A stretch of DNA of 64,000 nt from Epiperipatus broadwayi (lineage: Eukaryota > Animalia > Onychophora): NCBI GenBank assembly GCA_028023455.1, contig JAQFVV010000004.1, positions 26,846,001 to 26,910,000 of the forward strand, in the 5' to 3' direction. Of this stretch, positions 1 to 11,609 are shown one piece after another. A program made the position numbers and the translations under genes. Positions within the stretch are counted from its first letter, which is position 1, and each line of letters starts with the position of its first letter. Below the pieces are notes generated by a model. It had not been told where the DNA came from. It saw only the letters and a program-made list of their open reading frames with translations, and searched no databases.

Positions 1-1349
1 AGCAAAAGCCAATGTTTACTAAATCAAGGGTTATTAAAGGATTGTCTTACATTTGGCATATGAAAAAAATAAGTTCAGAGGTTTTTTTTTATTTTTGGAC
101 TTTTTTTGCAATTTTAATTTGAAGAAAGGAAATAATCTTTGATAAAAAATAAACCCAATAGGCTAGAATTTAATTTTGTCAGATGGGAGGATGGACATAG
201 TATTGTTCCAAAAAATAACATAGGAGAATGGGTAAATCAATAGACCTCAGAATGCTGTGAAGAATAACCATTCTCAATCAAGCTGTTGAAAAAGCCACTA
301 AGAGACATTGTCTGGATCAAACCTGTGAAGAAGACTGTAGCAGCATATTTCCTGAATCAGCTGCTGAAAAAGAAAGAAGCAAAAGTTCAGCTGTAGAAAG
401 CACACTACCAGCTTAAAAAGTTGTTTTTAAAATGAAGTTAAAGAAATATATGTGCTAAGTTTTATCAAGAAACTGAACATCATCAAAAATCAACAAAGTA
501 ACCTGCTCACTAAAGAAAATATTAAGGAAGAATATTTCTCAAGTAATCTGCAACTAGCCTTGCTCCATCCAAAAGCATGAATGCATTTTTTGGTTTTAGC
601 CTGACCTGGAAAATTATTTTAAAAGTGAATAAACTCATTATGTGTTCACCTGATTTGGAAAAAAGTTGATTAAAGAAAATGCATAGATTCATTTTGTATA
701 GAAACCTGAAAATATTGTATGGCAGAAATGAGTAAAATAACTGTGTGCATTAGCCTGGAAATTCTAGAAAAAACTAACATGAAAAAACTGTAAACAACCA
801 CTGCCAAAGAAGAACTCAAAAAAGCCAGGGCAAAAGGTATTTAATATGTATATTATATCTTCATTTATAGATAAAAACACATACAAAAATAATAATCGGT
901 CATCATGAATAATTTTATTAATTTAACATTTTCTTATGACTTACAATTTCCTTATCACCTATTGGTAAAAGTTATTTTTCACTTTTAGCTATTAAACAAA
1001 AAATAACTTCATGAAAGTAAAAGGTTGATTAATTTAATGAATAAAAATGAACTGGGTAATTATATTAGCTACAGGAAATGATGTTTTTGATAAAATGTAT
1101 TTCAGTTTGAATTATTATATTTATCATGTCACTTCTATTAATCAGTTAATTTATTAAATAATTGTTTTAAAAATAATAGATATAATGTCTTTATAACTCC
1201 GTATATCTGTGTTATGAATGGGCAGGTGTGTGACATGCTTTCATAATAGCAAAGTGTTTTATGAATCTTTAATTTATTCCAGAACTATATAAAATTAAAC
1301 ATATTAAGCATATACATGATTTATTAGTTCTTGAGCTAATTTAGAGCAA

Positions 1350-2100
1350 TCATGCTCATTTATATGAATGAAGGGGTTTATGTTTGTGTTTGGACATTCA
1401 GAATTTTTTAGATATTGCAAAAGTCCCACCTTCAAATTCCACTTGCAAAATTTTGTTTTTTTTTTTCATTAGAAATTAAATTATAATTGGCTTATACCCT
1501 CATTGCCCCATATGGCCAAAGCATTGATTATGAGCAATATATATATCAGTATCCCAGCAGTACTTTTTAATACAAGTGATAGTATCCAAATAATTGTTTA
1601 TATATCATGTCCTATGTTTGAGAGTGGCTAGATTGCACTTCTTTTAAATCCAGTCATAAAGATTGACTATTGACTGTTGGTATGACTATTCTTGTCTAAT
1701 ACTGGATAACTTGTAGTTTGTAATCCTTAGTAACATAACTATTATATATTGTTAATTCATGCTGATTCACATGCATAATGCTAATTTAATTTGCTTATTG
1801 CTTCTGGTTATTTGGGAATGATGATATTTTCTCATCTTCTACATTTACTCCATATATCGGTACCATTATAATATATTTCTATCAAAACTACTATTTTGAT
1901 ATTTTTAATAAATGTTTAATCTTAGTGCTCTATTGGAATACTATTGCATTAAAAGATTATTATAAATATTGTACCATTAAGGTATATGTCAGCAATTGTA
2001 ATCAAAGTATATATTATAAATTATTTTTTTCGTTTACACAAGATCCCTGAATAGTGAAATATTTAATAAATGTCTCTCCAATTTCCACATTATTTCATGC
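1350..2100 (-). pseudogene. Highly decayed non-LTR retrotransposon RT C-terminal remnant (Jockey/I-like?)
   Basis: Manual minus-strand translation across stops and frameshifts gives pieces resembling the RT 3' half: LDKK*SYQQ (cf. LDKKLTW..HI) and LLIINALAIWGNEGISQL (cf. Y...WG). Boundaries approximate. Confidence 0.3.
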
Positions 2101-4927
2101 CACCTTATTAGGTAGTAAGAATGTATTTCAAGAGTCATAAAGATAAAAGTAGAAAATAATAACAACCTAATATTATTGATATCTTCTTAAAGGAAAATGC
2201 ACTATCTGCTTACGTTATTTCAAGATATCATTCAAATTTTACAAGAAATATTTTTTATAATAAAAGTTAAAGCAACATTTAAATTTCCAAAGTAAAACTA
2301 TAACTTAAATTTTATGCCTAAACATTTATTTTATGCACACATTTCATAAAATAATTAATAAAAAGATAGCATGTAGGGTGTATAAATTCAATTATGTATA
2401 TATGTGTACTTATAAATAATTATTTAAATAAATTTTATTTCAACAATGATTTCTTAGTAAATTTTATAACAAAATAATACCACAAGAAAATCTAACATAA
2501 TGATAGTGAACTTTGGATATCACTTAACAATAACAACAACAACAACAAAAAAAAACAACAAACAGTAATTGTTGTTGTTATTTTGAAAAGTATATATTAC
2601 TTTACATATAGATGTTATCTACTCAAAGAAGTGTTTCTTATTGTAGAGATTTCATATTATAAGAAATAGCAAAATATATTTATTCAAAGTTTCCATGATG
2701 AAGAAAAACTTGAAAATGTATAATTAGAAATAGTGAGTTTTTTAAATTTAACTTATGGTTTGACAACAGCTAGAATGTATTTCACAGCACTATAAAGGAA
2801 ATTATTGATTCACCTTCAATAAGGTTCCAAATTTATATAGCTTAATTCAAACAGTCATTTTATATATGTATGCAATTTTATTAAAATCAAATGTAAAAAC
2901 CTATATATGTAATGATGATAAATTTATCTTGGAAACAAAACACCATTAGCAATAAAAGGGATTAAATATACTTCTTGATGGCAAAAAAATTAAATTATCA
3001 AAGATTAACTTCCAAAACATTTACCACAATTATCAGAGGATGTGCATGCTGGGATTATATACATATATTACTAGGATTTTAATGAATTTATTTAATATTT
3101 GTACAAATTCTAATGTCTGAGATACCATGGAGGAATATATTTTCCAGCTATTTATTAGGAATATACATTCAAAAGCAGGGTTAAACAAACTTTCCAAAAT
3201 AACATTAAATAATTTTGATAGTCCACGTATCTCTATATTTATTGGATCATAGAAAACTAACTAATGAGGATTAAATAAAACTACTAATAACAAAATCACC
3301 TAAGGATTTTCTAAAGGAAATTTGTCAACAGTTTTGAATATTTAAATCTTATGAACCCAATATAATTAAATGCACATTAGATCCTTTAAAATGCTTATGA
3401 ATATATAGACATTATGTGTTTTGTTATTTATTCATCTCCAATTCATGCCATGTGCTTTTATTTAAATAATTAATGGTTAATATAGCTACACATTACAGTT
3501 ATGAATAGATGTTTTAGATATGCATATAAATTGAAGTAAAAACTTGATAATTAGTTGAATGATTATTAAATAATAATTTTATACTCTACTCATCTTATTT
3601 AGATTTCATATCTTCTTAAATCTGAATAAGTCATCAGATTTTATAAACTTTATGTACTTAATAAATGAGAATAATCACAGAGCTTCCTTCAATTTTAAAC
3701 TTGTTATTTGTCTAACATAATAAGTGGTTTTATACATTAAATGGACATCATACATTGTATTTATTAATTTATATTTTACCAAGAATATTTACAAATTATA
3801 ATAACTCAACATGAATAAATTGATATTGCTATTAACTTAAAACAATAAAGCTTTATTTACTTTAGTCTAACAAAGTATATGAATATAAACGATGATTTAT
3901 AAGTGTATAGTTTGATTAATCTTATCGTTTACATTTATTTAAATCAAATAAAGATTAGGATATTATTTTATGAAAACTTATTCCATATACATTAAAGCTA
4001 GGATTCCTATGATTTTATGTATCTTTCAAACTTGTATGGATCGTATGACTTGAGGAATCAAATTAGCAGAAATTTTACTAAAGTCATTTAGCTGAGATAA
4101 GCCTAAACTCAATCTTGTATTCAATAGAGACTCTGTTCTTTGGGCACCTTACATACATACTTGTCACATTTATACCGTTACAATAAATAGATATGACAAT
4201 TCATATAAAGAAATGTCTTAAGTATTACTGATTTGCATTTAACAAACTTTTAATTAAGAATTGATAATAACTAATTTCTTATCTTTTAAAATCAATAATG
4301 TTTATATTACTGAAAAAATACTTATTATCAAAAGAATTAGTCCACTGCATAAATTATTTTATTACTATATATATTTTTTAATCAAGTAATAAAATAGCAA
4401 TCATTATTTAAAAGACATTTATCTAATCTTGGCAAATTAATTTGAAATTATTTTTAAATATAAACTATCCGCCATTAATGAATGACCAATTGGATAAGAG
4501 ATGTCTCATTAACTGAAAAAAAAAAACCCGAAGCCTGTTTAGAACACAAAATACAAACGAAGAACTTTACAGGAAAATAGTTTTCCAAAACGAAAACGTA
4601 TCTGTTTAATATATAAACATTTATAAATCAATAAGTAAATGATTTTTTTTTTAAATGTTAAGCCTAACTTTTCATCCAAATCCTTGCTCTAGCTTTTCAT
4701 TAAACATATATCTTTTTAAAAAAAATCCCGTTAATCCAAAATGTATTAATCAGAAACTTTTATTATCCAAACAAAAGTTTTAATGTTTACTTTTGACTTT
4801 TTATAATAAATTACTTTTTATCCATATTTGTAAATAAATTTGGAAAAAAATATTCAATATATTTATAAATTAATGCACTTATTACAGGTGCCTGTTGCTT
4901 TTGCTTTTTCTATCTTAGCAGTTTTTG

Positions 4928-6029
4928 GGTAAAGGTTTACTTTAGCGATCACAAGATATTTGCCCTCTAGTTTTTAAAATTAGAACTAAAATGTTCTAAA
5001 ATCTTATGTATATGCTCCTATATTACAATTACAGTAAATATTTATTAATTAAAATGTAAAAGATAATATAAAAAAATCATTTACCTTTTTAAGCATAAAT
5101 ATGCCCTATGCATATTAGGAAGTTGGAGAAAAAGGTGGCAGTGCTACATCTACTCCGGAAGGCAAATTCTTGGAGGTATGATGAAAATAAAGCTCTACTG
5201 GTACCAGATTAAAATTTCAACTTATGCCTCACTCTCATCCATATATATTCTCAATATTCTGGTTATGTATGTCTTGGTCTTCGGGATTCACGAAGTTGTC
5301 CTGATGGATGACAACCGAATGCATATATACCCCATTGCTGAGTCTACTGATGTTATTGTATGCCCCAGCCATCTGAAATTATGTGAGTACATGGTAAAAT
5401 GTACTGCTGGATTAGGGCCTCCAATGTGCCCACCATTCTATCCATCTCTTCTGTCAAGAAGCACTTCCTTGACACTCTTTCAATACCACCAAAGACCCAA
5501 TGCTCTCTATGTATAGTTCCCCTGTGGTATTTTCTGTGGAAATAACATTTGATGGCCAATTCCAGAGTTTGAAGGGCATTACACAAGTTGGACATCTTCC
5601 AGTGTTCTGCCAGAATAGCAGCAACACTCAAAATTTGGTCATCTGGAACTAATTGTGTGATAGATCTGTCAGCCATTTTTTGTAACTATAAAACTGTACA
5701 CGTGCGTGTAATTCGAATTTTTGAACCCTGAGGGTTTTTTTTTGTAATAATCTAGATAGTTTAAATTCTTAAGTTATAAATGTCGATAGTTTAAATTCTT
5801 AAGTTTCGAATAATTTAAACTAAATATTTTAATTAATCTAGTGTAATTATTTCAACTACTTTAAAATGGTAAATATTTTTTTATTATCTTTTACATTTTA
5901 ATAAATTTTAATGTAATTGTAATATAGTAGTATACATGTAAGATTTTCGAATAATAATTTACTTCTAATTTTGAAAACTAGAGGGCAAACATGATTTTTA
6001 TGTTGTGGTCGCTAAAGTAAACCTTTACC
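4928..6029 (-). mobile_element. Merlin (IS1595/ISXO2-like) DNA transposon, internally deleted
   Basis: TIR ggtaaaggtttactttagcgatcacaa at 4928 matches ttgtggtcgctaaagtaaacctttacc ending 6029 (1 mismatch in 27). A second subterminal IR pairs ttgccctctagttttt.aaattagaa (about 4960) with ttctaattttgaaaactagagggcaa (about 5964). Flanks agtttttg (4920-4927) and agttttta (6030-6037) form an 8-bp TSD with 1 mismatch. Transposase remnant inside. Confidence 0.92.
5090..5676 (-). pseudogene. Merlin/ISXO2-family DDE transposase remnant
   Basis: ORF 5353-5676 contains HRKYHRG..WVFGGIERVSRKCF...LIQQYILPCTHIISDGW. After a frameshift it continues AYNNI...HSVVIHQDNFVNPEDQDIHNQNIENIWMRVRHKL..GTSRALFSSYLQEFAFR, the typical ISXO2/Merlin core. 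The first catalytic (IDES-like) motif is not recognisable. Confidence 0.88.
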
Positions 6030-7030
6030 AGTTTTTAATTTTGGAGAGTTGTGAGCTATTAGCAGCTAAAGAGAAGTTTGAGCTTTAGTGTTGATGTATT
6101 AATATATGCTAAATGCTTTTGAAAGCTTGTGTTTTCATATTCGTAGCTAAGATAAAACAGTGATGTAGTGGGGAAGGGTATTGCAATTACATATGCGATA
6201 GTAGAAATTTAAATTTGAGTGAAATTCTTGAATGTTAATTAGTGTTATAAAGTTCATTTTTTGGATAGGGGGAGGAATAAGATTTTGTGATTAATAGCTT
6301 GGGGGGAGTTAGCTATAACGTATATTTCTCTAATTTTTTGCTGTGAGTTGTGAATATGTATCAGGTTAATTTTTGGTGGTAGAAAAATACTGAACTGTTC
6401 TAGTTTGATGGTTGCTTTCTTGTAGGTGTATTGTTGTTAAGATAAATGAGTGGCTAATGATACTGAACTGTTCTGGTTTGATGGCTGCTTTCTTGTAGGT
6501 GTATTGTTGTTAAGATAAATGAGTGGCTAATGGTAAGATAAATGAGTGGCTAATGATATACAAGATTCATCAAAATAAGTTGAATTACACCCTGTGTGGG
6601 GGCATTGGATTTTATAAATAGCACATGGGTAAGAGCAGGTTTTATTTTGTCTTTTGACTTATTTAAAAATCTATTGGAGGAAGGGGGTGCAGTAGACAAG
6701 GCAGTATGTAGATGAAAATACTTTATTGTAAGTTTTAGTGAAAGGGGAAATATATGAGAGGAGAAACCATGATCTATCATTGGAAGGAGATGTTTAATTG
6801 ATGTTTTTGTAAAAGTGCCTTATTGTGTTTTTTGTGAGGCTGTTGCTAAATCCAATGGTAATGAAATCTATGGTGCATGTTTCTAGATTGGTTTTCTGGT
6901 AGGCTTCATATTTACATGTTTGATTGTGAAATAGAAAGGATGATAGTAATGCAATCTTGTGAGATAACGGTGTGTGCATTTAGAGTGTATGAAGCCATGT
7001 ATATCGATTGTTTTGATATGCATGGTATAA
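6030..7030 (-). mobile_element. Penelope-like element (PLE) 3' fragment: RT thumb/linker plus GIY-YIG endonuclease, decayed
   Basis: Minus-strand pieces: HTPLSHKIALLSSFLF (cf. HPLSHK..I..L), KSKDKIKP, then after a frameshift CAIYKIQCPHTGCNSTYFDESCISLATHL (GIY-YIG: IYKI.C..C...YIGE). Confidence 0.75.
6387..6555. repeat. 73-bp tandem duplication plus partial third copy, in the left palindrome arm only
   Basis: atactgaactgttct...gataaatgagtggctaatg starts at 6387 and 6460; a partial copy follows at about 6534. Confidence 0.9.
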
Positions 7031-7044
7031 TCAATGTGGAGTGA

Positions 7045-7690
7045 TTTCATATACCATGCATGTCAAATCATTCAAAAATATGTGGCTTCATGCACCCTAG
7101 ATTCACCACACCATTATTATCTCACAAGCTTGCAGGATTATCATCCTTTCTATTTCCTAAACAAATGTTATATAAATATGAAGCCATTCAGAAAATCAAC
7201 CTATAAGAATACAGCAGATTTAGCAACTGCCTCTTAAAAAACAAAATAAGGTACTTTAACAAAAACATCACTATACATCTCCCCACCCAATGATAGATCA
7301 TGGCTTCTTATCCCATATATTCTCTGTGTCACTAAAACTTACAATAAAGAATTTTCATCTACTTACTACCTTGCTTACTGCACCTCCTTCCTCCAATACA
7401 CTTTTAAATAATGTGAGACAAACTAGAACTTCATCTCACCCTGTGCACTGTTTATAAAATTCAATGTCTTTACACAGGATTATGTAATTCAACCTATTTG
7501 GTGAATATCATGCATCACTAGCCCTCATTTACCTCAACACTGATCCACCTACAAGAAAGCAATCACCAAACCAGTGCAGTTCAGTATTTTTCAATCACCA
7601 AAAATTAACCAGACATGTATTCACACCAGTCACAACAACTATTCGGTATATATAGAGAAAAACAACTCCTGGCAAAAAATCAGAAAAGCA
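7045..7690 (+). mobile_element. Penelope-like element 3' fragment (inverted partner of 6030-7030)
   Basis: Diverged reverse-complement copy of about 6300-7030. Plus-strand translation near 7445 gives TVYKIQCLYTGLCNSTY followed by a frameshifted (I)GE. Confidence 0.7.
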
Positions 7691-7980
7691 TACTTTATTA
7701 GAGTGTTTTCTTTTATAATGAAATGTTAAAAGATTTATTCTAGATGTCTGAAAAATTCAGAAATGCAAAATATAGTTTTTCAAATTTAATTTTGGAGAAC
7801 TAATTATAAAATATTTATAATAACAACTGCCTATTATATGAAGTATAAAAGATTATTTAAAAAAAAAAAACTGCTGTAATTATTTATTTATCAACCAATG
7901 ATGGATTAAAAAGAATTAATTAAGATAATTATTTTTATCTATGCTAAAACTTAATACCCATTTATTGTTTTCTATATTTA

Positions 7981-8637
7981 TAAACAAGACATTTATTTTA
8001 TATAGCGCAATGTTTTTATAAACTGTAATACCAATAAGCCAATAACGTGCGCTTTGTAGATGTCACTATATAAATGAATACTCCCACTTTTTCAAACACA
8101 AGATAAAGTCTTTGGGAAAAGATAGAATGAATCCATCTACCTTTTCGACCCAAACATATATATATGGGCAAATCTTAAGTGTTTGAAAATGAGAGTGTGA
8201 AGTTGTTAATTGATCACTTTAAATTACTTTTTTACTACGTGAATGAATGACGCTTGTGAAATTTCTAGAATTTACAATACATCATTCTTATTAAATTAAA
8301 CACATGTAAACAAGACATTTATTTTATACAGTGTGATGTTTTTATAAACTGTAATACCAATAAGCCAATAAGCTAATGCACATGCGCTTTGTAGATGTCA
8401 CTATATAAATGAATACTCCACTTTTTCAAACACAAGATAAAGTCTTTGGGAAAAGATAGAATGAATCCATCTATCTTTTCAACCCAAATGTATATGTATG
8501 GGCAAATCTTAAGTGTTTGAAAATGAGAGTGTGAAGTTGTTAATTGATCACTTTAAATTACTTTTTTACTACGTGAATGAATGACACTTGTGAAATTTCT
8601 AGAATTTACGATACATCATTCTTATTAAATTGAACAT
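7981..8637. repeat. Tandem duplication of a roughly 326-330-bp unit
   Basis: taaacaagacatttatttta starts at 7981 and 8307. The units are highly similar through to cttattaaatt(a/g)aaca. Confidence 0.95.
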
Positions 8638-8867
8638 ATATTTATAAAATAAAACTAGTTTGCTTCTGGTTCCCATCTTTAACAGTCTTCTGTTTAGGTG
8701 GCCTGCCTGAAAAATGCTTACTCACATTTAGAGTGGAGTGAATTGCAAATGTGAATAGCCAAAAAGATTTATAAGTATATTTTTTATTATTAAAAAGTTT
8801 TATCATTCAAGAAGGAGGTGCATTTAAGTAGATAAGTTAATTTAATCGCTAAAGTGATTCTATGCAA

Positions 8868-11567
8868 ATGGCTTCCAATGCAAAATCAAAAGTGAAAGGA
8901 AAAAATAAATTACTAAATTCTCAAGAAACAAGTGCTACCTTGGAAGATGATTTCAAAATTGTCTAACATCAGAAAGAAATGGTAAGTTAATAGTGATTAC
9001 AAAAAGAATTTCTCATTAGAATTCCCAAATAGACTTAAGAACAGTGAAAATATAACAGAAAAATTATAGGAAAAAGTGAGTCCGAAAATCTACAGTTTCA
9101 GAACAAATTAGACAATTTAAATCCTGGTTTTGGTGTTAATAATAAATCAAATATGAAGAAAAATAACAAAATTAGTAAAATAAAAAAAGAATGAAGTGAA
9201 AACTCCAAAGAACTAAAATGTTATATTGAAAAAACTGGGACTTCCAAAAGTTACAATATTTTCATGTCAAACCGGAAGTCATCGCCAGTGGGGAAAATTG
9301 TCAAAGGAAAAAAAGTGGTCAGGAATTAAATTTGACCTCAACTTTAAGAACTGATATGATAGAGGATGATGAGATCTTTGATTTAAAACCAGATTCAGAT
9401 TTTGCTGACAAAGGTGAAGGGAGATATAAGAAAAACAACAGCGCAGACGTGACGCCATGGAAAAAAATCACATTTAAAAAAAATAGCACTGAATAAAAAT
9501 GGTAATTAAAATAAAGCAAAAAATAGACATTTAAAATCTAAAGACCATACAAAACATCAAATTGAACCCTCTACTTCAGGAGAGAATCATTTTCAGATCT
9601 GGGAAAGAAATCAGTCAGCAAATAAAAGCAGAATGAATCAGACCAGTGAAATAACAAGAAATAAACAATTTTATGAAGATTTTTAAAATGATTCAAAAAT
9701 AATTAAAGACATAAACAGTTCCATAAGAGACCTTAAAAATGATTTTTATCAGGAAAATGTTTCAGAAGGGGCAAAACTAAAAATGTACATTCAACACAGC
9801 CAAAAAGTAAAATTCCTACTGCTGCAAATACAAAATTAAAAAAGTTTCCTGTTGAAATACTATAGGCTCACAAAAATTTGAAGAAAATCAAAAAAGTCAG
9901 AATGGTAACCCTAAAGATAAAACAAATAACCCTCAGAATCATTTACAGGGAAACTTTAATCATCTCTCAGCTCAAATTTTCCACTATTCAAATCTAATAA
10001 TAATTCAAACTTTACTAAGCAAGTTCCATCGAGATGGACTAAAGAAATTCAATATGTGAAAAAAAAACTGAACTAATGTCTTGTGTTGAGAAAGCTATGA
10101 TTAATAGTAATCTCAAAAAAATTTAAATGGTATAAACATGGTGAATAAACCCCAAGGATATGAACAAAATGTAAATTATTTAAAATCACTGCAAATTTTT
10201 GCTAATGAAGAAAGTAATTCAAAGAAATTACATCTGACCCTCAAAGTAATATCATAGAGGAACTCAGGAATAACCCAGAGTTACACTCAATAATTTGGGA
10301 AAAATTTGACCAATCAATTCTGGCAGTTCTTATGAGATCTTTTCAGACTTATAAGCACAAAATTGCTCGTATTATGTCGACCATAGATAAATACCTTAAT
10401 TATTTTAAATTTCCTATCCATGATTTGTATAGGCTCCTTAAACAGCAGGGCCTCAGGCAATCAATATACAAAATATTGTTCCATCCAAATAATAGGTACA
10501 TGATTATACAATTTAACAATTTGTTAATCAATGAAACATTCAAGAACAATTTCAAAGTGTTGGCAAATCTTTTTCTGATAGTAATTGATCTTAATAGGCC
10601 AACATGCATAGAAGGAACCATCCACAACTGTGGAATTAATTTCGAGATTGCAGACCTCCAAAAAATTCCTTCTATGCATGTTGGCCTATTATTACCAGAA
10701 AATCAAATATTAACAAATACAGCGGCTTTTAAAATATTGCTTAAGAAGGGAATTTCACCCTTACTGATACATGCCCTTCTGGATTATAATGAATCACCAT
10801 TGATCATTGTTCTGAGATGTATAGCCCCACAGTGCTTTCATTGTAAGTGGCATTGGTATTTAATAAGAGAATGCCCAGATAGGAAGTGCAATTGATGTGG
10901 GGCTTAAAAAAGAGAAATCACAAATGCCAGTTTAAAAATCCAACAATACAAGTTCCATGGCCTACTGTGGTTTCAAAAGTTGAGCAAAGAAGTGACAGGA
11001 GAATTTTAGTGAATGGTCAGAGATGCCAAGCAATAGAAGACCAGCAAATGGAAGAAGAAAATTTTCTCTCAATCTGGGACTCTTAAAAAGATCTACCTAT
11101 GATGATATCGGCTCTTCAATGGAAGAACTGGGATCTATCAATTATGAAAGACTCAGTCCAAGAGAGTAAAGAAGTGAAAGAAAGCCTTGGTGGGCTCCCT
11201 CAAAAAAAGAGGAAATTTAGACCTAAGCTTTCAACCTCTGCATCTCCTAGGGCCATTTCGGATAGTGAAAATGTGCCCATGGAAGATCTGGCAGATTTTT
11301 CAAATCAATTAACTGTATCTCCTCTGCTTCCTGGTAAAAAGTATTGACTCAACTCTCCGGGTTTAGCAGACTTTCTTATTGAGACATGACAAGAAGATAT
11401 TTTTGGAGTACAAAATTGATGTAGTTATACCACAAACTCATGAAACCAGACTGAATAAGCCAGATGTTGAACCTGGATCCTCCTTTGTTATTGACCAGGA
11501 GGAGAAAATCTTGATCTCAGATCTTGAGTTAGATAAGCTTAGCGAGACTGGGAGTAATAATCGATGA
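8868..11567 (+). pseudogene. LINE ORF1 (gag-like) with tandem CCHC zinc knuckles
   Basis: Starts ATGGCTTCCAATGCAAAATCAAAAG with many stops and frameshifts. PQCFHCKWHWYLIRECPDRKCN*CGA..KRNHKC at about 10815-10930 (two degenerate Cx2Cx4Hx4C), followed by a low-complexity tail (ORFs 10886-11567). End approximate. Confidence 0.7.
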
Positions 11568-11609
11568 AGACCAGAGCTATTCATTGAAGAGAGATAATCC
11601 TCATTATTC

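Larger units (their letters stand above)
6300..7690. repeat. Long imperfect palindrome centred near 7037 with essentially no spacer
   Basis: Anchors: gatatgcatggtat (about 7015) with ataccatgcatgtc (7050); cttgtgagataa (about 6957) with ttatctcacaag (about 7117); catgatctatcattgg (about 6768) with ccaatgatagatcatg (about 7287); ggttaatttttggtg (about 6364) with caccaaaaattaacc (about 7597). Arm identity is roughly three-quarters by eye. Confidence 0.9.

Noticed and set aside
1-870. Coding-like purine-rich stretch, possibly a decayed DNA transposase
   Set aside because: Stops in all frames, no motif I could assign, and no termini visible; a translated HMM search is needed.
3980-4240. Possible CR1/L2 LINE C-terminal remnant (SVLWAPY)
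   Set aside because: Only one short motif; too degenerate to support as a feature.
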